Shown one piece after another: positions 8,909 to 19,344 of a DNA stretch of 32,000 nt; position 1 is the stretch's first letter; every line of letters begins with the position of its first letter. The notes below the pieces were generated by a model that searched no databases, was not told the DNA's origin, and saw only the letters and a program-made list of their open reading frames with translations. The DNA is from [Clostridium] innocuum (GTDB lineage: Bacteria > Bacillota_I > Bacilli_A > Erysipelotrichales > Erysipelotrichaceae): NCBI RefSeq assembly GCF_012317185.1, contig NZ_CP048838.1. One strand, given 5' to 3'. Position numbers and translations under genes: made by a program.

Positions 8909-10882
8909 ATGTGTAAGGAATGTAAGAACAAAAAACCATACTACATCACAACCGCGATTACCTATACATCGGGAAGACCGCATATCGGTAATACGTATGA
9001 AATCATACTGACAGATGCGATCGCAAGATACAAGCGCCAGCAGGGCTTTGATGTGTTTTTCCAGACAGGTACGGATGAGCATGGACAGAAAATCGAGGAA
9101 AAGGCAAAGGAAGCCGGTGTAACGCCGAAGGAATTTGTCGACAAAGTTGCCGGAATTGTGCGCAAAAACTTTGATATGATGAACACATCCTACGATTACT
9201 TTGTTCGTACGACGGATGACTATCACGAAAAGCAGGTCCAGAAGATCTTTAAGAAGCTGTATGAACAGGGCGATATTTACAAGAGCACCTATGAGGGCTT
9301 ATATTGTACGCCGTGTGAATCCTTCTGGACGGAAAGTCAGCTGATTGACGGAAAATGTCCGGATTGCGGGCGTCCTGTGGAAAAAGCAAGTGAGGAAGCA
9401 TACTTCTTCAATCTTCAGAAATATGCATCGCGTCTGATCAAGCATATTGAAGACCATCCGGAATTTATTCAGCCGGAATCCAGAAAGAATGAGATGATCA
9501 ACAACTTCCTGAAGCCGGGTCTGCAGGATCTGTGTGTATCCCGTACATCCTTTAAATGGGGGATTCCTGTTGATTTTGACCCGGGACATGTTGTCTATGT
9601 CTGGATTGATGCCCTAAGCAACTATATTACATCACTGGGCTTTGACGCTGATGGAAACCATGGGGATCTGTATAGGAAATACTGGCCTGCGGATGTACAT
9701 ATCATCGGTAAGGACATTCTGCGCTTCCATACGATTTACTGGCCAATTATGCTGATGGCACTCGGTGAGCAGCTACCAAAGCAGGTGTTCGGTCATCCAT
9801 GGCTGCTGGTTGGAGATGGAAAGATGTCCAAATCCAAAGGAAACGCCATCTATGCGGATGAGCTTGTGCATTACTTCGGTGTGGATGCCGTGCGGTATTT
9901 CGTACTGCATGAAATGCCGTTTGCACAGGATGGAACGATTACCTGGGATCTGGTTGTGGAGCGTATAAACTCTGATCTGGCCAATGTTCTTGGAAATCTT
10001 GTCAACCGTACCATTTCCATGCAGAATAAATACTTCAACGGGGTGATTTCCAATCCGCTGGAGCAGGAGGATATCGATAAGGAGCTGATTGCTCTTGCTC
10101 TGGATACGCCGAAGCGTGTGGAAAAGAAAATGGAAACCCTGCATGTCGGAGAAGCGATTGATGAAATCTTTACCCTGCTGAAGCGCTGCAACAAGTATAT
10201 TGATGAAACGACGCCATGGGTGCTTGGCAAGGATGAAGCGAAGAAGGATCGTCTGGCAACTGTTCTGTATAACCTGCTGGAATGTATCCGTTTCTCTGCC
10301 GTACTGCTGAGCAGCTATATGCCGGAAACCGCTGAGAAAATTCTTGAGGAGCTGAGCACATCCGAGCGTGATGCAGACAGCCTGAAGGAGTTTGGAATGC
10401 TGGAATGCGGGCATACAGTGGAAGGAAAGCCGGAAATTCTGTTTGCACGAATTGATGCGAAGGAGTTTATGGAAACACTGGAAGCAGACCGCAAGAAGGA
10501 AGAAAAAGCCGCAAAGAAGGCGGATAAAAAAGAAGCGAAGAAAGAAGATGCACCTGTTGAACAAATCGGAATTGAGGATTTTACAAAGGTGGAGCTGAAG
10601 GTTGGAACGATTATCTCTGCCGAAAAGCATCCAAAGGCGGACAGATTATTGGTGGAACAGATTGATCTGGGTGAGGAAACCCGCCAGATTGTCAGTGGTA
10701 TTGCCGCAAGCTTTTCACCAGAGGATGTTGTCGGAAAGAAGGTCATCGTTGTGACCAATCTGAAGCCGGTCAAGCTGCGTGGTGTAGAGAGTCAGGGCAT
10801 GATTCTGTGTGCCAGCAATGCGGATGATCTGGATATTGTAACGATTGTTAAGGATCTGCCAAACGGAACGAAGGTGAGCTAA
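8909..10882 (+). CDS. metG: methionine--tRNA ligase with a C-terminal EMAP/Trbp111-like tRNA-binding domain
   Basis: HIGH motif (GRPHIGN), KMSKS present, and C-terminal FTKVELKVGTIISAEKHPKADRLLVEQIDLG. The ATG at 8909 lies 8 nt after AAGGAGG. The track start at 8819 would run through the T-box. Confidence 0.95.
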   Translation: MCKECKNKKPYYITTAITYTSGRPHIGNTYEIILTDAIARYKRQQGFDVFFQTGTDEHGQKIEEKAKEAGVTPKEFVDKVAGIVRKNFDMMNTSYDYFVRTTDDYHEKQVQKIFKKLYEQGDIYKSTYEGLYCTPCESFWTESQLIDGKCPDCGRPVEKASEEAYFFNLQKYASRLIKHIEDHPEFIQPESRKNEMINNFLKPGLQDLCVSRTSFKWGIPVDFDPGHVVYVWIDALSNYITSLGFDADGNHGDLYRKYWPADVHIIGKDILRFHTIYWPIMLMALGEQLPKQVFGHPWLLVGDGKMSKSKGNAIYADELVHYFGVDAVRYFVLHEMPFAQDGTITWDLVVERINSDLANVLGNLVNRTISMQNKYFNGVISNPLEQEDIDKELIALALDTPKRVEKKMETLHVGEAIDEIFTLLKRCNKYIDETTPWVLGKDEAKKDRLATVLYNLLECIRFSAVLLSSYMPETAEKILEELSTSERDADSLKEFGMLECGHTVEGKPEILFARIDAKEFMETLEADRKKEEKAAKKADKKEAKKEDAPVEQIGIEDFTKVELKVGTIISAEKHPKADRLLVEQIDLGEETRQIVSGIAASFSPEDVVGKKVIVVTNLKPVKLRGVESQGMILCASNADDLDIVTIVKDLPNGTKVS

Positions 10883-11074
10883 TTGCAAACAAAAACGGTA
10901 CTGCCTGCATTACTGACAGCTATATTCGTATGTCTGATTTCCTGTTTCTTTATCTATTATGGTATCGACAGTGATCAGATCGTGTTGTCGGTGATCGGTG
11001 GGGCATTGCTGATTGTTGGGATTTTACGTCTGGTATTGTTTACGAAAGCATATCGTGAGCAAAAAGAGAAATAA
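10883..11074 (+). CDS. small 2-TM membrane protein (hypothetical)
   Basis: A TTG start directly after the metG stop, two clear hydrophobic helices and a terminator downstream. Confidence 0.4.
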   Translation: MQTKTVLPALLTAIFVCLISCFFIYYGIDSDQIVLSVIGGALLIVGILRLVLFTKAYREQKEK

Positions 11075-11093
11075 GAAAGTATGAAGAAGGATT

Positions 11094-11126
11094 CCATTTC
11101 TGTCATAAGAGATGGGGTCTTTTTTT
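11094..11126 (+). terminator. Rho-independent terminator after metG and the small ORF
   Basis: ccatttct pairs with agagatgg (one G.U), followed by ggtcTTTTTTT. Confidence 0.55.
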
Positions 11127-11294
11127 GTATGCGTACATATGGAGACCGGGATTTTTTTACCGTGATGGAATGGTATTTCTTTTAGAGGGTATGGAATTGC
11201 ATATCGCTTTGCCGGATTACTGTGAAATGGAGGATGTGTATTTCACTTATAGCTGTCATAAGCAACAGGAACAGCTAAGCACAAATCACTTTAA

Positions 11295-11386
11295 TGAAAT
11301 ACCGCAAAATACATTAACGAAAAAGCACAAAGTACATTAATTGAATACCACAAAGTACATTAATGAATTATCACAAAAGGCCGAAA
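11295..11386. repeat. Four tandem 23-bp direct repeats (the last is degenerate)
   Basis: tgaaataccgcaaaatacattaa / cgaaaaagcacaaagtacattaa / ttgaataccacaaagtacattaa / tgaattatcacaaaaggccgaaa. The core ACATTAA recurs at 11311, 11334 and 11357, an exact 23-bp period. Confidence 0.7.
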
Positions 11387-11677
11387 ATATCCTAATTTTA
11401 AAAAATCCTCTTTTCTCAAAAGAAGAACTTTTTTGTGTATTATCCGTATAGATAAATTAGACTTGACATACTTAGGAACAACATATCGAAATTTTTAATT
11501 TCTTTAATTTCCACTTTTTTCGATAGCTCAATACTTAACTCGAAAAATGATGGACAGTCATTCACAGGTTTGAATTGATAATATCTGCATAATGTTCAAA
11601 GATATCATTTATATACAATACCTATTGTAATTTTGTTACTAAAAGCATGTAATTTTTGTAACAAGGAGTGATGTGTT

Positions 11678-12199
11678 GTGGGAGAAAATCTTATGATGAA
11701 AATGGAAGAACGGATGAAAAACTCCCCCAAAGGCACTATTTTCACAAACAGTGATTTCTATGATATAAGCAATCCGGATGCAGTTAAAATGCCTCTTCAC
11801 AGACTATACAGCAGTAATAAAATATACCGGCTTATCAGTGGATATTATACTATCCCATACTACAGTAATGTTTTACATGAATATGGATATCCTTCGGCAA
11901 ATGCTATGGCAGAAAAGCTTGCTGAGAAGTATGCATGGAATATCTGTCCGTCTGGAGTGGTATCCTTCAAAAAGAAGTTTTATCCATGTAATTGGGCACG
12001 ATATGATTTAGTATTACAAGGCGGCTGCAAACTGGTACCGAAGGAAAATGCTATCGCATATTTTGGAAAGGATTATAAGGCGATGAGCAATATGATTTAT
12101 GGTGAATCCATACCCTGTGAAACAATGATGAAAAGGATACAGCAATTCGAGGAGCAATTAAATAAAACGGTGCTAGATCAAATAAAGATACAAGGCTAA
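11678..12199 (+). CDS. DUF6088 / AbiEi-like (type IV TA antitoxin-like) protein, with no toxin partner
   Basis: The N-terminal pattern KGTIFTNSDF..AVKMPLHRLYSSNKIYRLISGYYTIP....AEKLAEKYAWNICPSG resembles DUF6088. The C-terminal half is diverged. The start codon is uncertain (GTG 11678 or ATG 11693). Confidence 0.45.
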   Translation: MGENLMMKMEERMKNSPKGTIFTNSDFYDISNPDAVKMPLHRLYSSNKIYRLISGYYTIPYYSNVLHEYGYPSANAMAEKLAEKYAWNICPSGVVSFKKKFYPCNWARYDLVLQGGCKLVPKENAIAYFGKDYKAMSNMIYGESIPCETMMKRIQQFEEQLNKTVLDQIKIQG

Positions 12200-12329
12200 T
12201 TCATTGTAATCGTTCTTTAAATGTTTCGTTATCTCTTTTACTTACATATTTATTTTGATGTTGCATAATTCAAAACATCATATAAAAAAGGGTAACCCAT
12301 TTTTATATGGTGTTCACCCTTTTAAATCT

Positions 12330-12866
12330 TTATAAGCTGCGTCCCAGCTCGTACGCCTCTCTCGGATAATCAGATTGCTCAATATCCTCTCTGACATACA
12401 TTCCCAATGCATACACACTGCCGATGCATGTCCACCGCATATAGCGGAAAGCATCTTCAAAGTGGTGCTTTAATGCATCAAATGTCCAGTCCTCCGTATC
12501 GCCGCAGGTAGCTAATACAATGGTTTTTTTCTGCTGTTCCCGTAATGCAGTATTGTTCGCATAGAAGCGGTCGAATACGGCTTTGATCTGTGCACTCATT
12601 CCGAAATAATACAATGGTGTTACAAACACAACCAGCTCTGCATCCGCAAGCATTGGATTCAGCTTTTCCATTCCATCCTTAAACACGCATCCGTTACCGG
12701 TCTTACGGCATGTATCACAGGCAATGCATGGATGGACATCCTCTCTGGCGGCATGAAACACATGGATTTCATGTCCTTTTTCCTGTGCTCCCCGTATAAA
12801 CTCTTCCATCAGTAGTGCAGAAGTGCCTTTCACATGCGGACTTCCGTTGATAACAAGTATGTTCAT
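12330..12866 (-). CDS. iron-sulfur flavoprotein / NADPH-dependent FMN reductase family
   Basis: MNILVINGSPHVKGTS flavodoxin-like N-terminus, plus a compact CIACDTCRKTGNGC (Cx2Cx2Cx5C) cluster motif. Confidence 0.8.
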   Translation of the reverse strand: MNILVINGSPHVKGTSALLMEEFIRGAQEKGHEIHVFHAAREDVHPCIACDTCRKTGNGCVFKDGMEKLNPMLADAELVVFVTPLYYFGMSAQIKAVFDRFYANNTALREQQKKTIVLATCGDTEDWTFDALKHHFEDAFRYMRWTCIGSVYALGMYVREDIEQSDYPREAYELGRSL

Positions 12867-13154
12867 AATCTGTGCTCCTTTTCCTCTTTATTATGTATGA
12901 TACCACTTCATGTCACGGAAGTAAATCGGTCAAAGAATACCCAAATAGGATATTCATCAAAAGATTGTATCTGATCATCCTATGTAACCATTATTGAAAC
13001 AACAGATATTGTTATATAATGGATATATCGATATAATATAAAAACAGTAATTAAATAGATTTCTGCAGTTAAGATGAGTTAAAAAACAAAATAAGAATAT
13101 GGAATGCAAAGCATTTAATGCAGAGTTTATGAAAACGAAAACGAGGAGAAAAAC

Positions 13155-13469
13155 ATGAAAATCATCACGGTATGTGGTAGTCTGAAATTCAGGAATGAGA
13201 TTATGAAAATCACAGAGGAAATGACATTGCAGGGAAATTGTATGTTAAGTATTGTATATCCGACGAATTCAGATATAGCTGTGTATACAGGAGAAGAAAG
13301 GGAGCTGCTTGGTAACATGCATAAGGAAAGGATACGTATCTCCGATGCAATCCTTGTTGTGGATATTGATCATTACATAGGAAGCAGTACACAAGGTGAA
13401 ATTGAGTTCGCAAGAGCTTTAGGAAAAGAAATTATATACTATACGGATATTGTAGGTACGATGGAGTGA
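13155..13469 (+). CDS. small conserved protein, possibly with a nucleoside 2-deoxyribosyltransferase-like Rossmann fold
   Basis: A GAGGAG RBS. MKIITVCGSLKF..DAILVV..YIGSSTQGEIEFARALGKEIIYY looks like a short beta-alpha-beta protein. The function call is weak. Confidence 0.5.
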   Translation: MKIITVCGSLKFRNEIMKITEEMTLQGNCMLSIVYPTNSDIAVYTGEERELLGNMHKERIRISDAILVVDIDHYIGSSTQGEIEFARALGKEIIYYTDIVGTME

Positions 13470-13692
13470 TTATTTGTTTCTGAAATTTTATTTTTCACAG
13501 ATTGGTATTTTGCAGGAGGATAGCAAGCAGACAGTTTCTTCATCTTATCCGAAGGGAAATGACATAAGAAACCACATGTTTCGTAAACGTTAAGAAAAAG
13601 CATGACAAAACTGTAAGGGAAGGGTAAGGAAATCGTATGGTATGGATAAGCTTTCTACGATATACTGTTATTAACAAAAGGAGGCTGAATGC

Positions 13693-13788
13693 ATGACACA
13701 AAAAACGATGTCCGTTCTGCTTGCCACTGCCTTTCTGGTTGGTGTTGGATACAAGGCGATGCGCCACGTATTTCCAAAAAGCAGATAA
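13693..13788 (+). CDS. unannotated 31-aa hydrophobic peptide (MTQKTMSVLLATAFLVGVGYKAMRHVFPKSR)
   Basis: AAAGGAGG lies about 8 nt upstream of the ATG. It has one TM helix and a basic tail, and a terminator follows at 13818-13846. It is below the ORF-track length cut-off. Confidence 0.35.
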   Translation: MTQKTMSVLLATAFLVGVGYKAMRHVFPKSR

Positions 13789-13817
13789 TCAGTATACGAA
13801 TACATAGGGAATCTATG

Positions 13818-13846
13818 AAAAGCCGCAGAAATCATCTGCGGTTTTT
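13818..13846 (+). terminator. Rho-independent terminator
   Basis: ccgcaga (13823-13829) pairs with tctgcgg (13835-13841), followed by TTTTT. Confidence 0.55.
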
Positions 13847-14001
13847 CATATATCTGTGTGATATGAAAATCGCTGTAAACATCAATAGCTGCCGGTGCCA
13901 CTCCATAACCGTCTGACCCATAAACGATTCTCTGGGAAATTTCCTGTAAAAAGGGAAAAATTCCTACTTCTGTCACCTTGGAACGAAACGAACCGGATTG
14001 C

Positions 14002-14056
14002 TTGTGGATGGTAAGCCTTTTACGATACAATAGCGGTGTTAATGAAAACCTTTACA
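14002..14056 (+). promoter_or_regulatory. glv operon promoter (TTGTGG-18-TACAAT) and a cre-like box TGAAAACCTTTACA (14043-14056)
   Basis: The -35 box is at 14002-14007 and the -10 box at 14026-14031. The cre candidate matches TGWAANCGNTNWCA at 13 of 14 positions. Confidence 0.45.
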
Positions 14057-14082
14057 TGTAATTGGGAGAATTGGAGGATGTT

Positions 14083-15657
14083 ATGAAACAGAAGACTCAA
14101 AAATTTGGAGGGGCCATGTTTACACCGGTGCTGCTGTTTGCCTTTGCCGGAATCATGGTCGGTCTTGCGACGACCTGTATGAATCCGCAGATCATGGGGG
14201 ATCTGGCGAATCCGGAGTCTATATGGTACAAATTCTGGGCAATGATCAGTGCCGGTGCGAATACCGTGTTCAATCAGCTGCCAGTCCTGTTCGCAGTTTC
14301 TCTGCCGATTGCGCTTGCGAAAAAGCAGAATGCCAGAGCGTGCATGGAAACCTTTGTGATCTATATCACGTTCAACTACTTTGTCAGTGAATTTTTAAAC
14401 CAGTTCGGTTCTTCACTGGGCTTTGACTTTGCCGCGGAGGTGGGAGGTACCAGTGGACTTGCCATGATCGCCGGTATCAAAACGCTGGATACCGGAATGA
14501 TTGGAGCTATCCTGATTGCGGGTATTGCCATTTATCTGCACAATAAATTCTATGACAAGGAGCTTCCGGATTATCTCGATGTCTTCAAGGGATCTGCCTT
14601 TGTTGTCATGATCGGCTTCTTCGTCATGATTCCTGTCGCAATTCTCATTGCACTTGTATGGCCGCATGTTCAATCCGCCTTATTGGGTCTGCAGGGCTTC
14701 TTCAAGGCGAGTGGTGCTGCCGGTCTGTTCACATATAATCTGTTACAGAAGCTGCTGCTGCCATTCGGTGTTCATCACTTTATCTATGCACCGGTTCTGT
14801 TTGATAACGTTATTGTGGATGGTGGTACGATATCCTACTGGGCACAGCATCTGCCGGATTTCGTCAACTCCTCCAAGCCGCTGATTGAGCTGTATCCGCT
14901 TGGCGGCTTCTCCAACGGAGAGCTTGCGAAAATCTTTGGTGTCATCGGTGTTGCCCTTGCCTTCTATAAAACAGCACGTCCTGAAAAACGGAAGATGGTT
15001 GTCGCACTGATGGTGCCAGCCTGTCTGACCGCGATGATGACCGGGATTACTGAGCCGCTGGAATTCACCTTCCTGTTTGTGGCGCCTGTGCTGTACGTTG
15101 TCTATTCAGTACTGTCCGCACTGCTTGCGGTGGTCATGCTGCTGTTCGGGGTCATAGGAAACTTCGGTCAGGGTATTCCCAACATCATCTTCCTGAATCT
15201 GATACCACTGTTTAAAAATCATGAAATGATGTATGTCTGGATGCTTGTCATCGGTGTTGCCTTTACCGCGATTTACTACTTTGTATTCAAATTCATGATT
15301 CTGAAATTCAATTATGCAACACCGGGAAGGGAAGCGGTGGATGAAGATACCAAGCTGCTGACAAAGGATGAGTACAAGGCATTAAAGGATGAGAAACAAA
15401 GCTTTGGCAGTGACCGTTTTGATGTGAAGGGCATTATAGCTGCCCTTGGCGGTGGAGATAACATTCTGGAAATCAGCAACTGTGCGACACGCCTGCGTCT
15501 GCTTGTTAAGGATGAAAAGGCGGTACAGAGCCTGGAAGAGTTTAAGAAATACGGGGCAATCGGCCTTGTGAAAAACGGCACCTCCATTCAGGTCATCATC
15601 GGTCTGGATGTACCAAAGGTAAGAGAACAGGCAGAGCTTCTGCTTGGAAGAGAATAA
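14083..15657 (+). CDS. glvC: PTS alpha-glucoside/maltose-family EIICB component
   Basis: A multi-pass EIIC(Glc-family) body plus a C-terminal EIIB with ISNCATRLRL (phospho-Cys motif). The ATG at 14083 follows GGAGG. Confidence 0.88.
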   Translation: MKQKTQKFGGAMFTPVLLFAFAGIMVGLATTCMNPQIMGDLANPESIWYKFWAMISAGANTVFNQLPVLFAVSLPIALAKKQNARACMETFVIYITFNYFVSEFLNQFGSSLGFDFAAEVGGTSGLAMIAGIKTLDTGMIGAILIAGIAIYLHNKFYDKELPDYLDVFKGSAFVVMIGFFVMIPVAILIALVWPHVQSALLGLQGFFKASGAAGLFTYNLLQKLLLPFGVHHFIYAPVLFDNVIVDGGTISYWAQHLPDFVNSSKPLIELYPLGGFSNGELAKIFGVIGVALAFYKTARPEKRKMVVALMVPACLTAMMTGITEPLEFTFLFVAPVLYVVYSVLSALLAVVMLLFGVIGNFGQGIPNIIFLNLIPLFKNHEMMYVWMLVIGVAFTAIYYFVFKFMILKFNYATPGREAVDEDTKLLTKDEYKALKDEKQSFGSDRFDVKGIIAALGGGDNILEISNCATRLRLLVKDEKAVQSLEEFKKYGAIGLVKNGTSIQVIIGLDVPKVREQAELLLGRE

Positions 15658-15686
15658 CGAGTATAGTTTATTACGACAGCCCTTAA

Positions 15687-17039
<1,353 letters not shown>

Positions 17040-17074
17040 GAATCTGAAACTTATGTTATAGATTATAGAAGAGA

Positions 17075-17117
17075 ACACCCGTGGTTGCATACGCTTATGC
17101 ATACGGGTGTTTTTTTG
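17075..17117 (+). terminator. Rho-independent terminator after glvA
   Basis: acacccgt (17075-17082) pairs with acgggtgt (17103-17110), followed by T7. Confidence 0.75.
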
Positions 17118-17209
17118 CTGTAACTGCGTGGGAATGCTGTGATCTTTTTCAGAATTGCTGGTTTATGATGGAATTCATGATATAATCGTAGAGAATGAGG
17201 TGAAGGATC

Positions 17210-17986
17210 ATGAAACTTGCAGAGCTAGTCAATCAGCATTATAAGGAGCTGTCCTCCAATGACCTGTACATTTGGGACTATATACAGGCGCATGGAAAGG
17301 AATGTCAGAATCTGTCTATCGTTGAGCTTGCACAGCGCTGCCATGTTTCCAAAACGACGATCCTGCGCTTTGCCCAGAAGCTGTCGCTGAAGGGATACAG
17401 TGAATTGAAGGTATATCTGAGCTGGGAAAACCGGCCATCCGGGGATATGGTGATTGATGAGCATCTGATTGAGCATGTATGTGATACAAGCAAATACGCC
17501 ATTGATGAGCTGCGGGAGCGTGATTTCACGGATATCTGTGAAATGCTGTATCACTCTGGACGCATATTCGTATATGGAACAGGAGCCTTGCAGGATTCTG
17601 TGGCAAGGGAGCTGCAGCGTATGTTTTTATATTGCGGAGAATTTGTCTATGTTCTATCCGGCGAAAAGGAAACGGAAATGGTTCTGCCCTTCTTGAGCCG
17701 TGATGATGTTGTGATTCTGATTTCCCTGCGCGGAGAAGGGGAGCTGATCAATGAGTTTGCTTCTCAGCTTCGTCTAAGAAGCATCAAAACGATATCCATG
17801 ACGCGACTGAAAAATAATGAGCTCGCTCATAAATGCACGAAAAGCATCTACATCACAACCTCACAGGTGATGATTGGCAATCATATTCTGCATGAGGCGG
17901 CAAATCTGTATTTTGTATTGGCAGAGCTGCTGTTTCTGCGCTATTCCCAATATAAACAGAAGCAGGATGGTATAGGAATACGATAA
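17210..17986 (+). CDS. glvR: RpiR/MurR-family regulator (HTH_6 + SIS)
   Basis: The HTH is IVELAQRCHVSKTTILRFAQKLSLKGYSELK and a SIS domain follows (RIFVYGTGALQDS). It sits in the glv cluster. Confidence 0.88.
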   Translation: MKLAELVNQHYKELSSNDLYIWDYIQAHGKECQNLSIVELAQRCHVSKTTILRFAQKLSLKGYSELKVYLSWENRPSGDMVIDEHLIEHVCDTSKYAIDELRERDFTDICEMLYHSGRIFVYGTGALQDSVARELQRMFLYCGEFVYVLSGEKETEMVLPFLSRDDVVILISLRGEGELINEFASQLRLRSIKTISMTRLKNNELAHKCTKSIYITTSQVMIGNHILHEAANLYFVLAELLFLRYSQYKQKQDGIGIR

Positions 17987-18069
17987 CCGCAAATATGGCG
18001 GTTTTTTCTTTGAAAACTCTTGCGGGTGACGCAGGGGAATAGTCTACAATAGGGGAAGAGGTGAAGAAT

Positions 18070-18615
18070 ATGTATCAGATTCATGAGGTGTGCGAACGCT
18101 GTCATTTAAGCAGAAAAGCGATTCGTCTGTATGGGGAAAAAGGACTCCTGCATCCGGATAGGATACAGGGAAATCGAATGTATAATAAAGAAGATGTAGT
18201 GCGGCTGCAATGTATCAGCTATTATCGTGGACTTGGGTTTTCTCTGGAACAGATTCAGCAGCTGTTGCATGGCAGCAGTGAAAAATGTTTGAAGGAGCTG
18301 CTTATGACACATAAAAAGCAGCTGAATCAAAAGCTGGAGGAAAAGCAGGAACAGCTGAGGGCTGTAAACAATGTTATACATGCGATCCGGCAGCATGAGG
18401 AATTTGATATCACTGCAGCGGTATCGGATGAACAGCATGACGATGATTGTATGGAGGGGATGCTGATCTGGAAGTGGAATTCCATCTATCAGATTTATAA
18501 CTATCGATGCAGCAGAAAGACCTATCGGCATGCGGTTATTTCCACACGGCTGTTTTGTGCGATTCTTGTAATTGTACTGGTGTTTGCATGGCTGGAGAAG
18601 GGAGGAATTCTGTAA
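18070..18615 (+). CDS. MerR-family regulator with a C-terminal transmembrane helix
   Basis: MYQIHEVCERCHLSRKAIRLYGEKGLL..YNKEDVVRLQCISYYRGLGFSLEQI is the MerR wHTH. A coiled-coil follows, and the protein ends ISTRLFCAILVIVLVFAWL. Confidence 0.8.
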   Translation: MYQIHEVCERCHLSRKAIRLYGEKGLLHPDRIQGNRMYNKEDVVRLQCISYYRGLGFSLEQIQQLLHGSSEKCLKELLMTHKKQLNQKLEEKQEQLRAVNNVIHAIRQHEEFDITAAVSDEQHDDDCMEGMLIWKWNSIYQIYNYRCSRKTYRHAVISTRLFCAILVIVLVFAWLEKGGIL

Positions 18616-19145
18616 TGATTACCATACGTGAGCTTGCGGATTCCTGCAATATCAGTGTACGGACACTACAGTATTATGATCAGATTGATCTTTTGAAGCC
18701 CAGCGGTTATCAGGGGCGCATTCGTGTGTATGATGAAGCAGCAAAGAAAAAACTGAAATGTATCCTTGCATGGAAGGTACTGGGCCTAAGTCTAGAGGAA
18801 ATCACAAAGCTTCAGCAGGGAGTCATGGATCGGGAACAGCTGTTGATTCTGCTGGAACAGAAAAAGGAACAGCTTATGATATCCAAGGATGCTTTACTTA
18901 AAAATCAGATGCAGGTGGATGACATATTGTTTCATATCCGGCAGTCTAAGGAGTGGAATCCCGGCGACTATACGGAAATTTTATCACTGCAAACTACGGA
19001 TCATCCGTATTCACTGACAACACATCTGGTTGCGCTGCTGCGTAATATGACGCTGCTCAAGGTGATCATTTTGATATTTTACATATTGGATGCCCTCTGT
19101 ATTGCTGCACTTATCGCAGAATGTGCAACCCTTCTATTCCCATAG
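18615..19145 (+). CDS. second MerR-family regulator with a C-terminal transmembrane helix
   Basis: The ATG overlaps the upstream TAA (TAATG). MITIRELADSCNISVRTLQYYDQIDLLKPS, LGLSLEEI and a coiled-coil are present. The protein ends LKVIILIFYILDALCIAALIAECATLLF. Confidence 0.8.
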   Translation: MITIRELADSCNISVRTLQYYDQIDLLKPSGYQGRIRVYDEAAKKKLKCILAWKVLGLSLEEITKLQQGVMDREQLLILLEQKKEQLMISKDALLKNQMQVDDILFHIRQSKEWNPGDYTEILSLQTTDHPYSLTTHLVALLRNMTLLKVIILIFYILDALCIAALIAECATLLFP

Positions 19146-19344
19146 GGCAATAAATCATAATTCAGATGCTTTGATAGAAAGATATGGAAAGCGGCAATGG
19201 GCTTATTCATATTCAAATTCGGAACGATTTCGTATTCATGCAGAGGCTAAGCTGAATACGAAGATAATCTTATACATCCGTCGTTTCCCTACCGGGTAAA
19301 CTGTTGTATAATAGTGATATTGATCATACAAGGAGACGAAGGAT

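Noticed and set aside
9773-10630. A 285-aa ORF antisense to metG, plus other antisense ORFs at 9871-10230 and 10315-10773.
   Set aside because: It lies wholly inside a confidently identified synthetase gene. The sequence is low-complexity (L/F/I/R-rich), has no RBS and no recognisable motifs. This is a typical shadow ORF of a codon-biased gene.
11125-11340. A 71-aa ORF after the metG terminator.
   Set aside because: It has a TTG start inside the terminator T-run and no RBS. Its 3' end is made of the 23-bp tandem repeats, so it is more likely non-coding.
13671-14030. A 119-aa reverse-strand ORF upstream of glvC.
   Set aside because: It has no RBS and no recognisable motif. It runs through a plus-strand terminator and the glv promoter. 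I keep it only as possible antisense context for the 31-aa sORF.
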